Positions 52,835-64,000 of a DNA stretch of 64,000 bases are shown piece by piece. Position 1 is the first letter of the stretch. Each line of letters opens with the position of its first letter. Source of the stretch: Carcharhinus amblyrhynchos (lineage: Eukaryota); assembly GCA_965287045.1 (NCBI GenBank), contig OZ336896.1, positions 38,316,001 to 38,380,000 on the forward strand, read 5' to 3'. The translations under genes were made by a program, and so were the position numbers. A model generated the notes under the pieces. That model was not told the DNA's origin and did not search any database. It worked only from the letters and a program-made list of their open reading frames with translations.

Positions 52835-54903
52835 AAGCGTCTAACAAATATTAAAATGTACTCGGACGCACGGCACGCCTTGGTGTTTAACAAAGACTGT
52901 CAGTGTATGAGATTAATACGAAAACTGAGGGAGAAAACAAAATGTTCACCAGGCCGGTTCTCGGCCACTTCTTAAAAAGCTGCTAGGCATTTCGAATGGG
53001 GAAAAAAAAGAGGGCTGCTGGAAAGCCTTACTCTAACTAGATGTTATCAGTGCAAGAACAGACAAAGGAGAACGAATATGTTTGTGTTGAAGTTGGTAAT
53101 TTCGACCTCTCTGTTCGATTTTTTTGCAAAGCCCACCAGCGCGTTCTGTAATGTATAATTTGAGAATGTAGAGGAAGAAAGACAAAAGGGTTTTTGTGTG
53201 TGTGAGAGGGTATGTATGTGATTTAACGCAATCAGAAAAGTATTCTAAGATGCAGGAGTAACTTGGTGACACGTTTAGCCTTGAACTAACCTCATTAGAT
53301 GGAAGGGTTGGGGGCGATGTTGAGAGAGGTGTGCTTATGAGTGTGCTTAAAACAGAATATCACAAAATAACTTTGCAAAAATGATCAGAATATGTGATTT
53401 AAATACCAGTAATGCAAAACTAAATGCAATCACTTAATTGCCGCCGTGTTTCTAAATACATAAAAAATGTTGATATTTATATTAATACAGCAAGTATACT
53501 TAGTATTTTCATAGTATTTGCATGTTCAATTGTTTAAATCACTATCATTGGCTGTCGTGAGTCCTTTGCTACAGTAAGGTTGAGGCCTGCGTTTCACTTC
53601 TCCTATGGCAAGCTACAAACAGGAGGGGAAAAGGCCTCCCCCATCCCGCTGATGTTTGCATCCTCTGTTAGGATAGCAATCTGTAGCGAGATTCTTTTGA
53701 AATGCAGAGCAGATAGGGACAGTAAATATATTCATCTTCCAAACTTCCGAAATGTCGACATTTTTATTACGGCGAGTTAAACAAAGCACTAGGATGATCT
53801 TTTATGAAAAGACACCTTTGAAAGGGCTCCACGTTTCCTTTTTAACTGCGATAGTGAAAACATGTTTAAAAGACACAGCTGTAAAGGCCAAAGCTATTGG
53901 ATCACAGTAACATTATATAAAATTCCTCTTCTGATTTTTGGAAGGTTTGAATGGCAGTGATCAACATGATCGTAAAGCTAGACCAATAAAAAGGGGCTTT
54001 TTTAAAAAAAACATAAAGTCTTTTTACATGCGGGGGAGGACTGAGTCTCTGTATCATTTTAATGCTTTATTACTATCGGAAGTGAGGTTCTTTGAAACAA
54101 GTTCAGATGGTGCAAATAACATTGCTCCCTATTCATAAAAGAGTCTTGTGTTAAAACTACTTGGTATTTCTTTTTCTCCGTCGTAAATGAATTCAGAATG
54201 GCAAAATTTGTAATATGTAATTTTATGGGCAACTTATGGCAGCCATTGTATTTAAGAAAAAAAAGGTGTTACCCTAAAGGAAATTACTCGGGTCATTTTA
54301 GTTGGTCTTTTAGTACTCACTATTTGGGCCGCGTGTTACATAAAGATAAATCACCCAGGTACATCAGAGTAACACTCATTCTTTTATAGGAATTTATCAG
54401 AGCGGAGGGTGCATGATTTTCACAATGTCTGCTGTAAGATTTATGTAACCACTGCGTGTAGACTCCTCCACTGCTTCTGAATAAATTAAATATAAAGAAA
54501 AATTCTTTGTCTCAGTTGCAGCTGGAAACAAACTTTTGGGAAAGTATCACATGTGACTTATCCTCCTATCTGGCCGCTTTAGATCTGGCTGCTGGGTGTT
54601 TGCTTGTACGATAAATCGAAGTTGACCCTGAAAGTGGATTCTTTGGATTCTTCCAGAATATTTTGTTCATAATTTACTGACATTACTTTCGTTACATTTG
54701 CAAAACGGAGCGCCTCATTTTTCATAAAAGATGCATGAATGACAATACAAATTGCTGAAAGAAATCGGAGAAAGGGGTCCTCACTCAAGTTGTGCAGATA
54801 CATATAAAACACACATGTATGTGCACTTGGTTCAATGATGCGTGCACATTTACATGGATGTTCTTGAACGTCTCTGGGCTACAAAAATGCTGAAAAATAT
54901 GTC

Positions 54904-54990
54904 TGTCCTCTATATATACCCTGTAGATCCGAATTTGTGTTGACAAAGTTGTGGTCACAAATTCGTATCTAGGGGAGTATGTAGTCGACA
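54904..54990 (+). ncRNA. mir10a: miR-10a precursor (5p 54917-54939, 3p ~54958-54979)
   Basis: Exact miR-10a TACCCTGTAGATCCGAATTTGTG with star arm CAAATTCGTATCTAGGGGAGTA; ~1.4 kb 5' of Hox4. Confidence 0.97.
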
Positions 54991-56242
54991 CAAACGCAAC
55001 AACATTCACCCGGAAGACAGAAGAAAATGTTCACGCCTAGAATCTTCTTCGTATAAATCGATACTATAGCTAAATAAATAAAAGCGAGACATAGTATTCA
55101 TCTACCTGATTCTGCGGATCAGACTGCTGCTTGGAATGACGTCCTGCCCTTTTTATTCCCTTTTCAGTCTTGTTGCAACAACTCTCAGCACTCTGGTGCT
55201 GTATTTGTTACGTCATTTAAATATGGAATGTTACTGTTACCTTTTTCGATAATCCCGCGCATACCTCCGTTAAAATGGTCAGCTTTACAGGGTTTGTTAT
55301 GACTTAGAAATTAATCAATTCGAAACTCCCACGCATGTCGTTTGCTGTCCATGAAATTGCAGTCTACCATACATTAAAAGTATATGAGCATCTTCAATTA
55401 TTTAATTCCAGTTAATTGTGGATTTCTTCTCAGTTTATATGTATCATTTTTAATAAATCTTTACAGTTATTTGTGTCATGTCTTCTCGAGAATTCAGAAA
55501 CATTGCGATTTCACAAATAAAAGGATGTAGTAGCCCCATTGTAGAGTGCACACTTTTAATTAAAGTCAACGAAATGCATTCAATGTAGCAAGAGGCAAAC
55601 GTGTATTAATATTCCTTCCACTCTTTGGGATCATGATCTTAATCGAACATGGGCAACTTCGTTTAGACTTGCGTGTGGTTGTTACCTCTGAATTGTTTTT
55701 CTCTTTTTTAATTGTACGTATTCTGGGGATGTTTCGCAGGGAATCGTTTCAACTAGAGATATTCTGGGTGAAAGTCGCCAGTCTAATGCATTGCTAAATG
55801 CAATTTGTTGACTTAGGTGTCCTGAATTAGTTGATGAATTTTCTATTGATCCAAAGCAACCCGATTTATCTTTGCCAGCCAAAACGCCTTCCTCCTCCCC
55901 AAGCTCTGCAAAGGCGTTAGCATTGCCATTACAAAAAGATTTACAAGCTACGGATAGATTCTAACGTATAAGGTCCTATTTTATTTGTTTTTTTGCAAAG
56001 CTAAGTCTTTTTTTTGGAAGTGATATCGACTGGTAAGAAACCACTGATCATATAACAAACCCGTTTGGACGACGTCAATTCTGCCAAGCGGACTTAAAGG
56101 AAAAAAGGTCCTATCTGCAAAGTTGCCAAGTTTTAGGAATAAAAAAGGCATATTAAATGCTGTAATCAAAAACTGTTTAGGGGAGAAGCTTGAGAGCATT
56201 CAACGTCCAATTCTATTTCCTTATCCGGGAATCGAACGGGAC

Positions 56243-56312
56243 CTACCATTGGCTGCTGGTGTCACATGAACGCCTAACTTTGTTCACTTGACAGTAAAGT
56301 AGGAGGGTTTAG
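56243..56312 (+). promoter_or_regulatory. HoxB4 proximal promoter conserved block
   Basis: CCATTGG, GTCACATG E-box and TTGACAG (TALE site), 70-135 bp before the ATG. Confidence 0.6.
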
Positions 56313-56378
56313 GTAACAGGAAAAACGGCTGGGTTAGAAAAAATTTTGAGTTATTTTGCATTTCAGATATTAAAGGTC

Positions 56379-56784
56379 ATGAGTTCGTTTTTGATTAATT
56401 CTAACTATGTGGACCCTAAATTTCCACCGTGTGAAGAGTATTCTCAGAACAATTACCTACCAAGCCATTCTCCGGAATACTTTACCCGGGCACGGGAGCC
56501 CGGGTTCCAGCATGAGGCGATGTACCCGCGGTCAGCGTACAGCGAGCAGCCCTACTCCTCTTGCAGCAACCTCCAGGGCTCGGGCGAGCAAGTCGTGGCG
56601 CCTAGGGGTCACGTACAATCGCAGACCGGCCTGCAGAACCACTTAGACAAGCATGGCCACCAGTGTGTCTCGGTGACTCCAAGCCCACCGCCCTCTTGCA
56701 GTCAGAACTTCAGCAACCAAAACACTCCTTGTTCCAAAGAGCCTGTGGTTTATCCGTGGATGAAGAAATTACATATAAACGTCG
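56379..56784 (+). CDS. hoxb4: HoxB4 exon 1 (~241 aa spliced)
   Basis: MSSFLINSNYVDPKFPPCEEYSQ (PG4), KEPVVYPWMKK; donor TCG|GTGAGT at 56784/56785, phase 1. Confidence 0.95.
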
Positions 56785-56860
56785 GTGAGTCGTTTGCCTG
56801 GGCTTTTTACCACCTGAAAGCCCGGGATCTATTGCACCCACTGTAAATAGCCATTCTTTA

Positions 56861-56930
56861 GATTTACGATCGCCTATCTGGAGGTCAGTAATCACATCCT
56901 CCATAAATTTTTATTGCAGTACAATTACAC
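56861..56930. promoter_or_regulatory. HB-1-like homeodomain-site cluster in Hox4 intron
   Basis: GATTTACGA..GTAATCAC..CCATAAATTTTTATTGC..CAATTAC, the conserved PG4 intronic element. Confidence 0.65.
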
Positions 56931-57115
56931 TTCTGGCCATGTGCCTTTGATGTGTTGTGTCCTAGCCGCTCAGATCTCTTTGAGCAGCAGTTAATGATAG
57001 AAGTGAACTTTTACATTTTTCTTACGCTAATGCTTACTTTAAGTGCACTAGTTCTATTCCTTGTGAGATTCGTGGTGTTCAGTCAGTTATTTCTGTGTTG
57101 TTGCTTTTTGTTCAG

Positions 57116-57435
57116 TGAACCCTAATTACAAAGGAGGGGAACCCAAACGCTCCCGCACTGCTTACACGAGGCAGCAAGTTCTAGAGCTGGAGAAGGAGTT
57201 CCATTTTAATCGGTACCTAACCCGGAGACGCAGGGTGGAAATAGCCCATTCTCTTTGCCTGTCAGAACGACAGATTAAAATATGGTTCCAGAACAGGCGA
57301 ATGAAATGGAAAAAGGACCACAAGTTGCCAAATACCAAAATCAGGTCTACTACAGGCTCCTCATCCTCTGCAAGTCATCAATCGCAAGGAAGCTCTCAGA
57401 ACCAGGAGCCAAGTGGACCATCAGCCACATTATAG
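57116..57435 (+). CDS. hoxb4: HoxB4 exon 2 (homeodomain)
   Basis: Acceptor TTCAG at 57115; [29 protein letters not shown]...RRRVEIAH...[13 protein letters not shown] (RRVEIAH and TKIRS are HoxB4-type). Confidence 0.96.
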
Positions 57436-59731
57436 CTGCTCTTGTGGGAGAGAAAGTGGTAGACGCGCGCATAAGCATAGAATTTTAACTGAAAGACTGT
57501 TTATTTATAATGGCAAAGTCTAAGCTGTAAATACTCCGATTTTGCCCACTCCTCTCACCCCTCCCCCATAAGTAATATTGTAGATTGCAGTTTTCAGAAG
57601 AGATTGGCAAAGATGAATCCTCGTTTCATCTTTAATCACGCCAAAGTCTCCCCATTTGTCATGTTTACTTGGTGGTACAAAGGATGAACTCTATGCCTAC
57701 GATTACCTCGACAGCAAACGAACACTTTAATAAATGAGGCTCCGTTTCGTCAACCTGGGATGACAAACTGTCTTTTATTCACACAAAAACAAACTCACAA
57801 CAAGAATGTTGAAGCAGTTCGGCAAGATGGCCCTTGTGGTTTTAAGCTCCAAGTCATTTTCCAATGGGGTTTACAAAAAGAAACATTTTGGGTATTTTCT
57901 TTGGAATATTACACTGACATGTACTCCATTTCCTCAGACGTTAAGATCCCAAATATATTACATTCGGTGCCAATAAAAATGTATGTAGTTCGACTTTAAA
58001 AGCAAACGTGTAAAAATCAAATGTAGGAATAAATTATGTCAACAAAGTTATTTAAAGTGTTATGAAAATGTTGCATGTGACTTGTACAGCCACGATACAA
58101 TACTTGCTTCTGGCCTTAGTATTAGTAGATTGTACATTAGCTGAAAGAAGTGGACGGTTAGGTAGATAAACTGTTTTAATTTCCTTATCATTCTTTATGA
58201 CATTCCAAACTATGAAGTTTAGCAGCTACATCGTTCGGGCCCACAGGAGTTTGTATTTTCGTTAGCAGTCTATGTCCTTGCATTGTTCTGTATGTATTGA
58301 CTCTCATCCAGACCAAAATACGTGTAAATAGTAATAACCGAAATAAATTTTTTTCAAGGTGTATCTTTTCCTTTGTTTATTTATACATAGTCTCCTGGTC
58401 CAATTCTCGAAGCAATATGATCTGGTGACATGATTGGAGATTTTTCTAAGCTCATCCATCTGTGTGAGTTGGCCAGGGTGATAACAAAGGACATTGGCTT
58501 GGTGGAAATATTGCCAGAAGGGGTACACCTCAAAACAAATGCAATGCATATCCGACATTGTTAAAGGCCTTTACACCTGTTTGTGGATATAGATGTATTG
58601 TACAATAATGCAATAGGATAATAAGTTTGGAAAACACTCTTTTTAAAGATTGGCTACTTCACTCTGGATATCTGTTATTTCTTGATTGTTTAGGATCACT
58701 GCCAGATCTATTTTTTCTCTTATACAATCCTTAATCTTTTAAAGTTAAATCCATTTCTATTATTTATACCATACCTTTTAGCATTTTTTCTTTGTGCATG
58801 TGCGTTTGGGTATTGGAAAGGGATTGGAGGGTGTAATGGTTCAAGCTTTGACAAGCAAATAGATAATCAAGAAGACAAATGACCTCTTTTGTCAGATGAA
58901 GCTCCATATTAATTTTAATTTTCTTTCATATAGCACATTGCATATGCAATCTGGAATCTGAAAATGCAGCAAATATCGGAAGAGAACCTACATGGAATTT
59001 ATATCACTGCACAACACAATATTCTATATTTGGGAGAAATATCCTCTGGTTCAAGAGTTTAACTCACTGATGCACGTGTTTTGACTTAGTCCTGCAATTT
59101 AACAAATAATATTACCAAACTACATTTTGACTTTGTAACTGAAAGGATATGGTAATCCTACCCTACCCCATCCCCATTCTTCAAAAATATTCATGCCAAA
59201 TACAACCAGAAAAACATCACTGATCTGCACATGATACAATATGCCCTTTTTGATCGTTTATACTGTGTTTTGCAACCTCATAAGATTTCACATATGCAAC
59301 TGTCACAGAAGAAACAGGAATAAAGTTTGATTTTCTTAGATCACGTTTTGTCTTTGGAGACAATACAACGATTTACAATCTGTCGCTTATATGAGAAAAC
59401 TCTGTCTAACCAATGTATACGTGTTTTATGTCCCCCCCGCCTCCCCTCCCCCCGGAGGTCCCACGAAACTGAGACGGTGCGAAATGCAGCCTTTCCAAAT
59501 GTAACATTTTCGTTAAGGTATATAATTCTGAAGTGTTTTGAGAAGCAATTATTTTAGTTAATAATATAAGAATTATTCATTAAATCTCGGCAATCACTGC
59601 TCAATTTTCCCTATTCATAGACACAGATAACAGGCCAGCCAGTCCTACACCCTCTGCCAGACTGTTGCCAAAGGTTTTGAATGCATGCTATACAACTAAA
59701 GTTCAGAGGCATTATTTGTACGCAAAGAGGT

Positions 59732-59772
59732 TCTGAAAATGTGAGAATTAACTTGAAATCATTAATCACTGC
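59732..59772. promoter_or_regulatory. CR3-like late neural auto/cross-regulatory element (Hoxb4/b3 shared)
   Basis: GAAAATGTGAGAATTAACTTGAAATCATTAATCACT has paired TAAT/ATTA cores resembling, from memory, the Hoxb4 CR3 HS1/HS2 sites; ~2.3 kb 3' of the Hox4 stop. Confidence 0.55.
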
Positions 59773-60214
59773 TTTCTTTAAATACTTCTCCCATTGTTGC
59801 TCAACAGCAAATCTGGATGGCTGGTCCCGGGCAAAAGTGGTGAGCGACCTGGAGGGTTCTTTAAAAATATGGGCAGAGCGTGGAATATCTCAGTCACACC
59901 GGAAGATTCCCTCTCAACTATGATTAAAAATCGTAAAAATGCTCAGGGTTCGAAAAAGGAAAATGCTGAAAGGAAAGGTAATAGCAAACAAAGCCAATTA
60001 ATTTCCTCGCTTTGAATCGCTTTGTTGTTCTTTTGACAATTAAATGTGAACACACACTCGTTCTGTGCAACTTTGAATGCACAGCCAATGCATTAATGTA
60101 GAATCTGCTAATAATTTGCGTTTCGTTGCTTATTATTTGAAATGTGTTTTTAAGTATATATGATTCTTACGGAATAAAATCAGCATGATGGTTGGTCAGC
60201 AGGACGGCCGAAAG

Positions 60215-60231
60215 GGTTCACGGAAAGGACA
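60215..60231 (+). promoter_or_regulatory. DR5 RARE 3' of Hox4 (early neural enhancer type)
   Basis: GGTTCA-cggaa-AGGACA, the RGTTCA-n5-AGGACA form typical of PG4 3' RAREs. Confidence 0.8.
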
Positions 60232-62358
60232 ACTTTTCTATCCGATTAGCTGTTTTTATTCTAGCAGTCTGACCTCTGAAACCCTTGACCTTTAAGACAT
60301 GACTCTGTTCTATCTGAACATTCTCAATACTAAAGGATAAAAAAAATCCAGGGTTACCCCTCGTTCATTCGACTTAAATTCTGCGCTGCGTGGCCGAATA
60401 GTATCCGTTCTGTTAGGCTTGCTTCTGTGCAATTATTTCCCAACTTGCATTAGAAAAGATGGACGATCTTGAATGTTAGTTTTGATTTTTTTAAATATTC
60501 AGTGACAACTAAAAGTAGGTTGTGGAATGATTTTTAGATACACACACAGCTGTGTGTATGTGTGTGCGTGTTGCAAACACACTTAAAGATGGTCTCTAAA
60601 AATCCAACCGTTGAGAAGGAAAGTAGACCATTGTTTTGTTCTCAGCTTGCCTTTTCTTTATAGAAAATTTAACATATTGACATACCTTGAAATTTTATTT
60701 CAAAGTTTTTGTGTATTAATGAAAACAATAAAATTTTAGCCTGACTTTTAAAAAAATCTTTAAATGCCGTTTGTTTGCGGACAATGAGCATCGGGCAGGA
60801 GGGAGAGGCAGAGAGGAATAGAAAGAGACATTCCATGGATACAACGTGTTGGGCTTTTCAAAGCAGCTTATTCCTATCAAAGCCCCGCTTCAGAAGTGAA
60901 CGCCCTAATTCAAACCTTATTGTTACCCAGTGGCCTCCTTCACTAAGAGAAGAAATAGATATCACCTTTTCACGATTTAAGAAAGCAACTGCCGTAGAAC
61001 ACAAATTCTATTAAGAGGGCGTGAACTGAAGCCCAGTTTCTGCACCTTTACTGAATTTGCTAACTCCAATTTATTAATGCAACGTTAGTGCTTGTTGTAG
61101 GCAATAAACACGTGAATGCAATAATTCAGCATGTAGTTTAGAGGAAAGTTTCAAATGTGTGTTAAAAGGAAATAAACGAAATGGTTGCCTTTGTTAGTTG
61201 AGAAGTCCCCGCCCCTCAATCCTTTCCTTTTTCGAAGTATTTATGAGGCTTTAATAACTAAATAGTCTTTATTTCCTTTTTTAAACCATTGGAATTTTCT
61301 AACACCCTTTTAGATTGCAATAAATATGATGGATGAGATTTATTCAGGATATCATAAAATTATGTCATCATAATTTTCTGAAAACGGTGGGGTTTCTGAC
61401 GAGAACAAAGGCAGAGTTCCAGGTACTAGTATGGGCTAGATAGAGCGGAATTTTAAAACTTATAACGAAATAACCTCTAGTGCTATTGTAAATACACCGA
61501 TTGCAATTGCTAGTCTGCACGTTAGGAATCACCCGCAGAGAGAATATTAAAACAAGATCAAGTTAGACAGCACTGTGTCAAATTGGTTTCTCGGAGAATG
61601 ATTCTGACTAAGGTTATTGCTTTTTCCAAAGCACTGCTGCTGCCAGTAAAAAAAGAGGATCGCCCACATCTATTTACACTTCCCTACCAAAAACAGATTC
61701 ACTGTCCCCGAGCACAGATTTGCTCCGAATAGTTATCATGTCACAACTGCAAAACGCATTGGAATGGATTTTATAAAAATGCATTATTCTTGTAACTACT
61801 CTAATTTTTGGGAGGTATTTGGGTGGCGACTGGTTGCCAGGTTTGTAACAGGGGGAATAACAGTGTCCTTGTGAAAGTGAAAAGAGATTGTTCTTGTACA
61901 AGAAACATTGGTTCCACAGTACGATAGAAAATAATGATATGAAGGAGAAAACGGGGAGTAGAAAACTTGGAAAAACAATGCATGCGAGAAGCAAATTTAT
62001 GGTGGAGTAAAAGAGGCAGTTCCTCGGTCTAATATATATAACTAGAATACCATCGGCGCCATAAAAGGTGGTCATGGTTGTGGGTCTGGGAAGAAGCGTC
62101 TCAGCATACAAAAAGCGAGGCAGGAAAGCCCTGAGTCCATTGATACAGTCACACTTCTATTTAGTTCTTGCCTTACAGAATCTCTGTAAAAACCTCTGAA
62201 TCCCGCTTTGTAAGAAGAATCATTAGTAATGCATTGATACAATTTTGAGAACAAAATTCATTGGGAATAAAGAGAAATATGAAATACTTTCCGCCCTCCC
62301 AGTGGAAGGTGACACTTCTCCTTGGAGTATGAATTTGAAATCCCCCCTTCCCCCTCGA

Positions 62359-62425
62359 TCACGTGACTCATTAAATAATTAATGCAGCTGTTGCAGAATA
62401 GATATGTATTCGTCGGTAAATCGCC
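62359..62425. promoter_or_regulatory. Conserved-looking Hox4-Hox3 intergenic element
   Basis: Palindromic TCACGTGA, CATTAAATAATTAATG homeodomain cluster and GTAAATCG. Confidence 0.5.
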
Positions 62426-63709
62426 GACATGGTCTCCCAATGTCTGACGTGAAATTCTACTGTCCTTTTAAAAACAAGCCTATAACTTGAGAGAGAGGCT
62501 GGAATAAAACAATTTGGGAAGAGAGGCACACCGTGGGTTGGATTATTGTAAGTACAGCTGCAGCGCCTCGTGTCTCTGTATGTAAATATTATGTGTGTTA
62601 TTTATGTTTTACAAGACTGTCATAACATTTGATAAATAGTGTCTTTCCTCATATTTTTCAATTTACCACAGTGGTATGTTTGTTTATTTCTCCATTTTCT
62701 TTGATTTTTCTGTGAATGTTTTTCTTCTTGCTTTCTTGATTTATTGCAAAATATGTCAGCAACACTATGGATGCCATTGTGTGTAAGTTTATGTTCGTCT
62801 GCGTGATAAATCATGCTCTTTGAGAATGATGTGCAAGTGATGATATTCAGGAATGAGGAAGGTTGTAATCCTCTCCCCAGAGTTGATTATTGCGGGCCAT
62901 TTGTAGCAATAGATCAGAGGATAATATGAAAGCTATAGCTGGGGGTCTTAAATTACAGCATCCGTGATTACCAATTATGGATAGTTTTGTATGAATTCTT
63001 TAAAACACAACCCCTCATTGGAATAAAAACCTAGTGAAGGAGGCGCTTTGGGTGACCAGAAATGAATTGCGAAACCCAATTTTGAAAATGAGCGAAGACT
63101 AACAGACTTCCACAACGCCTCGGTCCTTTTCTTCTGCGGTTGGACGCCAGCCAGTCAAATTGAAGCCATTAATAGCAGCGTAACATTTAACACCGATCGT
63201 TAGTGCAAACCTTTATGTAGTAAAATTAGAATAACTCAGTGATTGGCATTAAATATTAATGGTTGCAGCAGGCAAGGAACATCAGTATTGAAACATGCGT
63301 GCCTTTCAAAATACCATTATCTGTCAGCTAAATAGCAATCTTTTTCTTATTGAGGGATATTTAATGATCGTTTTTAATTATGATTATTTGAAGTGTTTTT
63401 AAGTGTTTGTTTTCATGATTACGCAGGGCTTCGTTGGAATTATCTATTGTAAATTCTATCTATTGTATATTCTATCTGGTAGCTCAACAAAGATGAAACC
63501 CTCAAAATACTTATTAACCATTTAATTATTTAATGTACAAGACATAGGCGTCAATAACAAACACTATTACTTGAGAACAAACTATAAATACGTGGAACAA
63601 TGTTTAAGTTGTTAATGAATGCGATGTATTTTATGTCATAAATATAGAATATTTGTCATTGTCCTTTTGTAGTTGCCATACACATATATGTTTCAGGTAG
63701 TCATATATA

Positions 63710-63730
63710 TGTGTGTGTGTGTGTGTGTGT
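63710..63730. repeat. (GT)n microsatellite
   Basis: Perfect TG run. Confidence 0.9.
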
Positions 63731-64000
63731 ATGTTACATAAAGTTAATGTAGGTAGCCATTGAATGGATTGGCAAAGTCTTATGTCTTTCAACAAATTGT
63801 AGCACATAATCTGTTTTCCTCAATATTTGAGTAACAGTGTGTGCTTGTAAATGGGGGGGGGGGGGGGGGGTGATGGCAGAAACAATGAAAATACAGAGTT
63901 CCTCTATGATTGGCAGGCCTTTGGGATGTCGATTTTCTTCATTTGCCAAAAAAATGCTCCTGAGAAAACAGAAAGGGGTAAGGCATTAGCAAATCGATAT

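Overview
Vertebrate (eukaryotic, AT-rich) genomic DNA containing the central/posterior part of a HoxB cluster, almost certainly from a cartilaginous fish (HoxB10 retained; shark/ray-type repeat fragments). Seven two-exon homeobox genes lie in colinear order on the + strand: HoxB10, B9, B8, B7, B6, B5, B4. miR-196a lies between B10 and B9 and miR-10a between B5 and B4. Having both PG7 and PG8 identifies HoxB. All seven introns are GT-AG and phase 1. The non-coding DNA carries recognisable Hox regulatory elements: two same-orientation CTCF motifs (8|9 and 5|6), DR5 RAREs 5' and 3' of Hox4, a CR3-like neural autoregulatory element, Cdx/Hox site clusters, promoter modules and miR-196 target sites in the B8 and B7 3'UTRs. 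I found no convincing wholly new biological system. The best second-look items are a CTCF 5|6 site in HoxB, an all-wobble-diverged miR-196 slicing site, a palindromic repeat with a decayed hammerhead-like core, a repeated 47-bp module upstream of both miRNAs, in-frame tandem splice acceptors in four genes, and a stem-loop in the HoxB4 3'UTR. All orthology statements are from memory of these families; no database search was run.
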